Assembly: GCA_011364965.1 (NCBI GenBank)
Contig: RDOB01000004.1
Location: 180,369 to 244,368, forward strand
From: Candidatus Heimdallarchaeota archaeon
GTDB taxonomy: Archaea > Asgardarchaeota > Heimdallarchaeia > Hodarchaeales > Hodarchaeaceae
Direction of reading: 5' to 3'
DNA length: 64,000 nt
Part shown: one piece after another, positions 58,270-64,000 of the stretch
How the letters are laid out: every line of letters starts with the position of its first letter
Position numbering within the stretch: the stretch's first letter is position 1
Position numbers and translations under genes: made by a program
The notes under the pieces: generated by a model
Seen by the model: only the letters and a program-made list of their open reading frames with translations
What the model was told of the DNA's origin: nothing
The model's database searches: none

Positions 58270-58650
58270 TTAGGAATTAAATTTCAACATTTCAAATAAT
58301 ACAATTCCAGGATCTAAATCGTCACCAATAGCGGCAAGAGTATTATTTAAATCCATTCTCAAAGCAACAAGATACCTGTTAGCTTTCCCTTCCTTAGCCA
58401 CTAATCCGCGATTATTTTTTAGGACCATTTCATATATTTCATCATTTGCCAGTCTTATAGGCATAGCTATGTCGGATTGAATAACAGCGAGTAAATTGGA
58501 TTTGATCAACGCATTCAGAAGGGTTTCACTACCAAGAGAGTCAATAACACATTGATCTTGCCCAAAATGAATTAAAGCGGTTAAATGAAGCTCATCTTGC
58601 ATAGCTTTCAGAGGATATGACTTTTTATGAGTCATTATTATCAAGGTCAT
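58270..58650 (-). CDS. Probable Roadblock/LC7-like protein (divergent)
   Basis: ALI...D..VIDS, helix, EMVL...G, LAAI....D.GIVLFEM pattern. Confidence 0.5.
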   Translation of the reverse strand: MTLIIMTHKKSYPLKAMQDELHLTALIHFGQDQCVIDSLGSETLLNALIKSNLLAVIQSDIAMPIRLANDEIYEMVLKNNRGLVAKEGKANRYLVALRMDLNNTLAAIGDDLDPGIVLFEMLKFNS

Positions 58651-58739
58651 GTTATTTAAAAATCAAATAAGAAATTTTGTATATGATGACATTGGTTTAG
58701 AATTTATTTTGAAACCAATTTATTAGGATCTGATCTTGA

Positions 58740-59156
58740 TTGGATAGAATTACAGGTTTTCAGCTATTTGAGTTAATCGCTATTCCTATTACAATTTTAG
58801 CAAGTGTATTATTTATGTTCGTAATTGGAGCCAGTTTTATTGGAGATAACTTTTGGAATATAATGGGATTTCCAACCATAATAGGGACATTATTTAGCTT
58901 ATTTATCCTTGTGATATTAGTACAAAAAGGTCAGATAAAGAAATTCTCTCAGATTGAGACGATTTTCCGTCTACTAGCAATAGGGGGAGGAGGATTGCTA
59001 ATCCCTGTCATTTTCTTACAACTAAATGGAAGGCTTGATGGATTTCTATTAATTTCAATATTAGCTTTGGTATTTAGTATAATCGGAGGACTCATGGCCT
59101 TAATTAGCCTTCGATTTCTTTGGCAAATCTATTTCATTCAGCAGTCTTCAGAATAA
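58740..59156 (+). CDS. Four-TM membrane protein
   Basis: Four hydrophobic segments. Confidence 0.65.
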   Translation: MDRITGFQLFELIAIPITILASVLFMFVIGASFIGDNFWNIMGFPTIIGTLFSLFILVILVQKGQIKKFSQIETIFRLLAIGGGGLLIPVIFLQLNGRLDGFLLISILALVFSIIGGLMALISLRFLWQIYFIQQSSE

Positions 59157-59841
59157 TACGCGCATCGACCACAACAGCACCTTTTTCTGATGCAAACACA
59201 GGATTAAGATCAAGCTCTTCAATTTCAGTATGGTTAACAATAAATTCAGAGGTCAATAATAATAAATCTATCAATGCCTTCTTATTAATAGGAGGTTGTC
59301 CACGTATACCATCTAGAATTTTTGCAGCTTTAATCTCAGAAATCATTTCTGTAGCATCTTCACGTTCTATCGGAATTAAACGAAATACAACATCTTTCAA
59401 AACTTCAACATATATTCCTCCAAGACCAAAAGCAAGAATTGGTCCAAACATAGGGTCATAGGTAGAACCAACTAATAGTTCAACTCCTGATTCCTCTTTT
59501 TCGACAATATATCCTTCTATTTTTGCATTAGGCATTTTTCTTTTTATTGTATCTTCCATTATTTTGAATTGATTTTCAAGATCATGACTGCTACGTATTC
59601 CAGTAACTACTCCGCCAACATCAGATTTGTGGACTATATCTTCGGAGCTTACTTTGATAACTACAGGATAACCGATTTTCTCTGCTTCTGATAGAATCTC
59701 ACCTAGGTTTCTTCCAAATCCAGTCGGATTTACGGGAAATCCTTCCTGTTGTAAAATTTGTTTGGATTCTTGAACTGTTAGGACCTTCCGTTTTTTCTCG
59801 ATTGCCTTTTTGAACATTTTTTGAGTTTCAGACAAATTCAA
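59134..59841 (-). CDS. acdB: ADP-forming acyl-CoA synthetase beta subunit (ATP-grasp)
   Basis: IGYPVV.KV.S.DI.HKSDVGGV, DP.FGP...FGLGGI.VEVLKDV.FR, ELDLNPV, VDARI. Confidence 0.93.
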   Translation of the reverse strand: MNLSETQKMFKKAIEKKRKVLTVQESKQILQQEGFPVNPTGFGRNLGEILSEAEKIGYPVVIKVSSEDIVHKSDVGGVVTGIRSSHDLENQFKIMEDTIKRKMPNAKIEGYIVEKEESGVELLVGSTYDPMFGPILAFGLGGIYVEVLKDVVFRLIPIEREDATEMISEIKAAKILDGIRGQPPINKKALIDLLLLTSEFIVNHTEIEELDLNPVFASEKGAVVVDARIILKTAE

Positions 59842-59934
59842 TCATTCCTAAATTACAAAAGATTGTAAAACGCGTCGAAGAGCAGATCTGTATCTTCAGA
59901 AAAAAGATCATTTATCCATCACTTAAATATTCCA

Positions 59935-60843
59935 TTATCCTCTGGAATAAGAAACAGAAGTAATTTTCTTCACGCTTTTAATCCGTTCTTGAGAATTAAT
60001 TTCACCTATTATCACAGATGCAAATTCAGTTTCTTGTTCAATTACATCTAGACTGTCTGTTACAATTGCATGAATAGCAGCTTGAGTTCCAAGACTGCGT
60101 ACTCCTGCTAATATTAATATCCAATAATTACTTCGGTTAGGATTTCGCATTAGCGCAATAATCCCATGGTTAGATAATGAATAGATTTCTTCCCCAAATT
60201 TGATTTGATTCTCTACAAAATAAATGTTAAATTTCTTTTGAAGTGTTTTATTATACTGAGCTGTAAGAATATTTGTAATATGGCCTCCAATGAGAATTAA
60301 ATTCGTTTTCATCTTATTTGGCTGTTTCTGATATGAGATATCAGTCGTAACAAAATAGGGAAGATATGATGGCTTATGAGTAGAAAGATGAGCTCCTAGA
60401 TACCAGCAGAGCTCTCCTGCTAAATAACCGTCCCTCGATACTGCATCATAACGTCCATGAGGTTCAGCACTACCTACCACAATACTACCTCTGAATTTAC
60501 CGTTATTCGTAAATTTCTCTTTAATTATATGTTGGTACATCGTATTATGCTCAGATGAAACATCTGGGGTCAATGAAACAAAAAATTGATTTGCAACTGG
60601 TTTGAAAATTTTAGCACGACCCCTTTTTATGGAACGAACTCCAGTTTGGTGAATCAATCCTGCATTTCTAAGCAAAGAAAGGTGATAATGAATTTTCTGT
60701 TCTGTTAGACCTAAGGTTTCAGCAATCTGCTTTGCATAAATAGAATCCTCGGTTGCAAGCAAATTCATTATTTTCCAACGTATTTCATGGCTTAAAATCC
60801 GAATTTCTTCCGAGGAAATACGACAAAGTGCTTCATCCTGCAT
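59935..60843 (-). CDS. ArsR-type HTH regulator with C-terminal alpha/beta domain
   Basis: R.KI..LL, IA..LG..EQ.I.YHL..L..AGLI; IVVGS..PHG, NLILIGG..TN, AG.R..GT.AA. Confidence 0.8.
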   Translation of the reverse strand: MQDEALCRISSEEIRILSHEIRWKIMNLLATEDSIYAKQIAETLGLTEQKIHYHLSLLRNAGLIHQTGVRSIKRGRAKIFKPVANQFFVSLTPDVSSEHNTMYQHIIKEKFTNNGKFRGSIVVGSAEPHGRYDAVSRDGYLAGELCWYLGAHLSTHKPSYLPYFVTTDISYQKQPNKMKTNLILIGGHITNILTAQYNKTLQKKFNIYFVENQIKFGEEIYSLSNHGIIALMRNPNRSNYWILILAGVRSLGTQAAIHAIVTDSLDVIEQETEFASVIIGEINSQERIKSVKKITSVSYSRG

Positions 60844-61183
60844 TTAAGACATCACATCATTAATTTTTAACCGCTAAAGGTGCTTTTCTTTTGTATAAAC
60901 GTTTCACTACTACAAAATTAACTAGATTAGTAGAATTTAAACTTTCTGCTAAAAGGATTTTATGTATATTTCCTAAATTAAATAATCTTTATTCTTTAAA
61001 TCTACTGATAAAATTTGATTAAAATGGGAATTTCGGAGTTTAATTTGTTAGGACTGTCCTCTACTTCAAGATATCCAAAAGCTAAAAAATAAAAATAATC
61101 TAATAAGATTTTTTTTTTAATCTGTTTTACGATTCAAATATGAACACTCACCTATCAGTGAATTCAAGGTTGACGAAGAAAAA

Positions 61184-63013
61184 ATGTGTGGAATTATTGC
61201 GATTACGACTCAATCTAAGAAAAATGTTTCAAAAATGATTACAACAGGACTAAAACGTCTTGAATATCGGGGATACGACAGTGTGGGGATTGCTACTATT
61301 AATAATGGCAAAATTCACACATTGAAGGATAAGGGAACGATTGAAAAAGTAGATAATGCATTAAATCTTGAACAACTCGAGGGTACGATAGGTATTGGGC
61401 ACACCCGATGGGCTACACATGGACCCCCCAACCGAGAAAATGCACATCCACATGGGGATTGTACTGGAGAAATAACGGTAGTTCATAATGGAATAATAGA
61501 AAATTATCTGAAATTAAAACAAAAACTAAGAGAATCAGGGCATTCTTTTATTTCAGAAACAGATACAGAAGTTTTAGCACATTTAGTAGAAGAAGAGCTA
61601 AAACACCCTGAACTGGCGCCTACAGTAAAAGAGGCCTTTAGAAGAGTTATTTCTCAAATCGAGGGTTCCTATGCCATCACATTGATTCATGCAAAAGAAC
61701 CAGAAACAATATTCTTGGCACGGAAGGATAGTCCTTTAGTTATTGGAATTCAAGACGATACAAAATTCGCTGCGAGCGATATTCCTGCTTTTTTAGAATA
61801 TACGAAAAAAGTGATTGTCCTTAAAGATGGCGAAATCGCAACATTAACTCCAAAATCGGTTTATATTGAGAAAAACGGTTATAGAGTGCAACCGAAACCT
61901 TTTATTGTATCTTGGACTGCAGAAAGTGCTCAAAAAAGCGGTTATCCTCATTTTATGTTAAAAGAAATTCATGAGCAACCGATTGCATTACGAAATACTC
62001 TAACTATTAATTCAGAATCAGTTCATTCAGCTGTCACAAAAATATTAGAAGCTGAAAGAATCATCATCCTTGCCTGTGGAACAAGCTACCATGCAGGATT
62101 AACTGGTTATCACCAATTTCAACGTATATTAAATAAAAAACCTGTTTATCCGGTAATTGCGTCAGAATACGATTCTTATTCGCACCTAATTGATAATGAA
62201 ACAGCCATTATAGCAGTAAGTCAATCAGGGGAAACATTAGATGTGATGAAAGCTTTATCCCCAGCAAAAAAGGATGGCGCTTCGATAATAGCCATAACAA
62301 ATGTCGTGGATTCTTCAATTCCCCGATTAAGTAATATCCCCTTGTATACACGAGCTGGACCTGAGATTGGTGTAGCAGCAACGAAAACGCATACTGCTCA
62401 AGTAGCCCTCCTTGCACGAATAGCCCTCCAATTACAGCATGAGATAGGGACATTAGATAAAAGTGAATTCGATTCAATGCTTCAAATATTGAACGAAGAA
62501 ACACCCTCAATCACACGTAAAATTATCCAACAAAATGAATTTAAGGCGAAACGATTGGCTGAAAGAATCTCCTCCCGAAAAAGTGCTTATTTTCTTGCAC
62601 GAGGACCAAATTTGCCAATTGCACTAGAAGGGGCCTTAAAAATCAAAGAAATTTCATATATACACGCAGAAGCTTTCCCTGCTGGAGAAAGTAAGCATGG
62701 TCCGATTGCTATTGTAGAACCAAGTTTTCCGATAATTATGATAGCCCCAAACGACGCCACAGCCAAAAAATTATTAAATAATGCTGAAGAAATGAAGGCA
62801 AGAGGAGGGTATATCATTTCTGTGACTGAAAAAGATCATAGTATTATCCAAAGATCTGATAGCGCTTTCATATTGCCTACATCTCCCTTACACCTCATCA
62901 ATCCAATCTCCTACATCCTACCCCTTCAAATGTTGGCATACTATGCAGCTGTAACACGAGGAGTGGATCCGGACAAGCCGAAAAATCTAGCGAAAACGGT
63001 CACAGTAGAATAA
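61184..63013 (+). CDS. glmS: Glutamine-fructose-6-phosphate transaminase
   Basis: MCGI, LEYRGYDS, GHTRWATHG, HNGIIEN, SQSGET, EGALK.KE..Y, KHGP.A, D.P.NLAK.VTVE. Confidence 0.97.
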   Translation: MCGIIAITTQSKKNVSKMITTGLKRLEYRGYDSVGIATINNGKIHTLKDKGTIEKVDNALNLEQLEGTIGIGHTRWATHGPPNRENAHPHGDCTGEITVVHNGIIENYLKLKQKLRESGHSFISETDTEVLAHLVEEELKHPELAPTVKEAFRRVISQIEGSYAITLIHAKEPETIFLARKDSPLVIGIQDDTKFAASDIPAFLEYTKKVIVLKDGEIATLTPKSVYIEKNGYRVQPKPFIVSWTAESAQKSGYPHFMLKEIHEQPIALRNTLTINSESVHSAVTKILEAERIIILACGTSYHAGLTGYHQFQRILNKKPVYPVIASEYDSYSHLIDNETAIIAVSQSGETLDVMKALSPAKKDGASIIAITNVVDSSIPRLSNIPLYTRAGPEIGVAATKTHTAQVALLARIALQLQHEIGTLDKSEFDSMLQILNEETPSITRKIIQQNEFKAKRLAERISSRKSAYFLARGPNLPIALEGALKIKEISYIHAEAFPAGESKHGPIAIVEPSFPIIMIAPNDATAKKLLNNAEEMKARGGYIISVTEKDHSIIQRSDSAFILPTSPLHLINPISYILPLQMLAYYAAVTRGVDPDKPKNLAKTVTVE

Positions 63014-63020
63014 TTAAAGA

Positions 63021-63353
63021 TTAAAGCAATAAGAGCTTTTCAACATACCTTGGAAACCTTTCTCCTTCCTCTTTTTCCTCATTCTTGCTATTCGTATTAT
63101 TCTTTTCAATTCGATAGAATTTACTTTCATTACCAACCTGAACACAAATCGCCCCTGGAAGATTTTGCCGGGGATCAAGAGTTTCTGAAAAATCGTGGAA
63201 ATGCCTTAAAATCTCATCTCGAGTTTCAGATACAGCCATAACTTTGCTACCATAAAGTAAAATCCACTTCCCCCGACAAATAGCCTTTCTTAGAAGGGCT
63301 TGCATGCTCCAGTATGATTGTTCCTCTTTAAGAAAATAATCTAATAATGTCAA
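63021..63353 (-). CDS. Small hypothetical protein (DUF5678-like pattern)
   Basis: GKWI...G.KV.A.......I pattern; GAAGGAAG upstream. Confidence 0.5.
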   Translation of the reverse strand: MTLLDYFLKEEQSYWSMQALLRKAICRGKWILLYGSKVMAVSETRDEILRHFHDFSETLDPRQNLPGAICVQVGNESKFYRIEKNNTNSKNEEKEEGERFPRYVEKLLLL

Positions 63354-63601
63354 ATAATTTCTTCCTTACATCTCTTTAGATGGTTAGGATAGGAAAAAAT
63401 TCAGGTGAACATAAGATTATAGGATTAAAAACCTTCTGGTGAACATATTAGAACACGAGTATTCGTGAAATAAAGAGCGAGGGGACTTCAAAAAAAAGGA
63501 AAATCACCGAATCTTCTTATAATAATCCGCTATATTACAAAATGACCTTATAAGTAGAACCCCTGGTAAGAATAGAATTTTCAGAGTGGATAAAGACAAT
63601 T

Positions 63602-64000
63602 TTATATAGGTCCAAAAAGAATCCAATAATGTAGAGCTAAACCTAGGAATATACTCATTATCACTAAGCGAATAGCAGATCCAATGATTCTTTCGCGGAT
63701 TGTACGCTCTTTACTAGTCTCTACAAAGAATACAAGCCAAATAGAAGAAAAAATTCCGAGGAGGGAAAAGATTAAGGCAAAAGGATAATAAAGATTATCA
63801 TCAACAAAAGGATTTTTCCATTCGGGGAATTCAACAGTAGTAGTGGTATTAGTTTCGTCAGTATCAGACTCAGTGGTCGTTGTAGTATTATCAGGAACAG
63901 TAGTATCATTTTGAGAAATTAAAAAAGTAATTTTAAGGAATTCATTCTCATAGGATTCGTTATTGATATTTGTGTCCTCGATTAGTTGTGTAGAACTAGC
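63602..64000 (-). CDS. Partial membrane protein: Thr-rich glycosylated linker + two C-terminal TMs (OST5/TMEM258-like); 5' end outside window
   Basis: 133 open codons not in the ORF track, ending WKNPFVDDNLYYPFALIFSLLGIFSSIWLVFFVETSKERTIRERIIGSAIRLVIMSIFLGLALHYWILFGPI*. Confidence 0.7.
   Translation of the reverse strand, partial: ASSTQLIEDTNINNESYENEFLKITFLISQNDTTVPDNTTTTTESDTDETNTTTTVEFPEWKNPFVDDNLYYPFALIFSLLGIFSSIWLVFFVETSKERTIRERIIGSAIRLVIMSIFLGLALHYWILFGPI

Noticed and set aside
1916-63241. Numerous short ORFs in the track overlapping larger genes (e.g. 3823-4404, 14736-15032, 24887-25222, 38996-39235, 40246-40578, 59120-59461)
   Set aside because: Antisense or off-frame shadows of well-supported genes, with no motifs of their own

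Overview
AT-rich, gene-dense archaeal chromosomal window with mostly core genes. Asgard archaea (probably Heimdallarchaeia) is inferred from archaeal information-processing genes together with small GTPases, an LRR protein, a Roadblock-like protein and several eukaryote-like proteins. Contents: nadA/nadC; a sugar-nucleotide/AglH block; elp3; porGDAB; tRNA-Ala(GGC); nth; a replication cluster (cdc6, candidate origin, gins, mcm, hel308 with a 517-aa LAGLIDADG intein); an HDAC; a ribosome-biogenesis cluster with the RNase P RNA, ABCE1, tsr3 and rpl7ae-rps28e-rpl24e; an archaeal-type mevalonate operon; pgk; a type IA topoisomerase; acdB; glmS. Best leads: (1) a frameshifted, internally deleted phosphomevalonate-kinase relic inside the AcnX/UbiD mevalonate operon; (2) a two-gene GTPase + GAP1/DENN-like module; (3) an Arf GTPase abutting a Pro-rich alpha-SNAP-like protein; (4) a topoisomerase with a Top3beta-like zinc tail; (5) PIG-P/DPM2-like and OST5/TMEM258-like membrane proteins; (6) tandem K-turns occluding the L7Ae ribosome-binding site; (7) an unannotated tRNA-like structured element. 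All similarities to eukaryotic proteins were judged by eye against remembered sequences and need HMM or structure searches. No CRISPR array, rRNA or transposase was seen.
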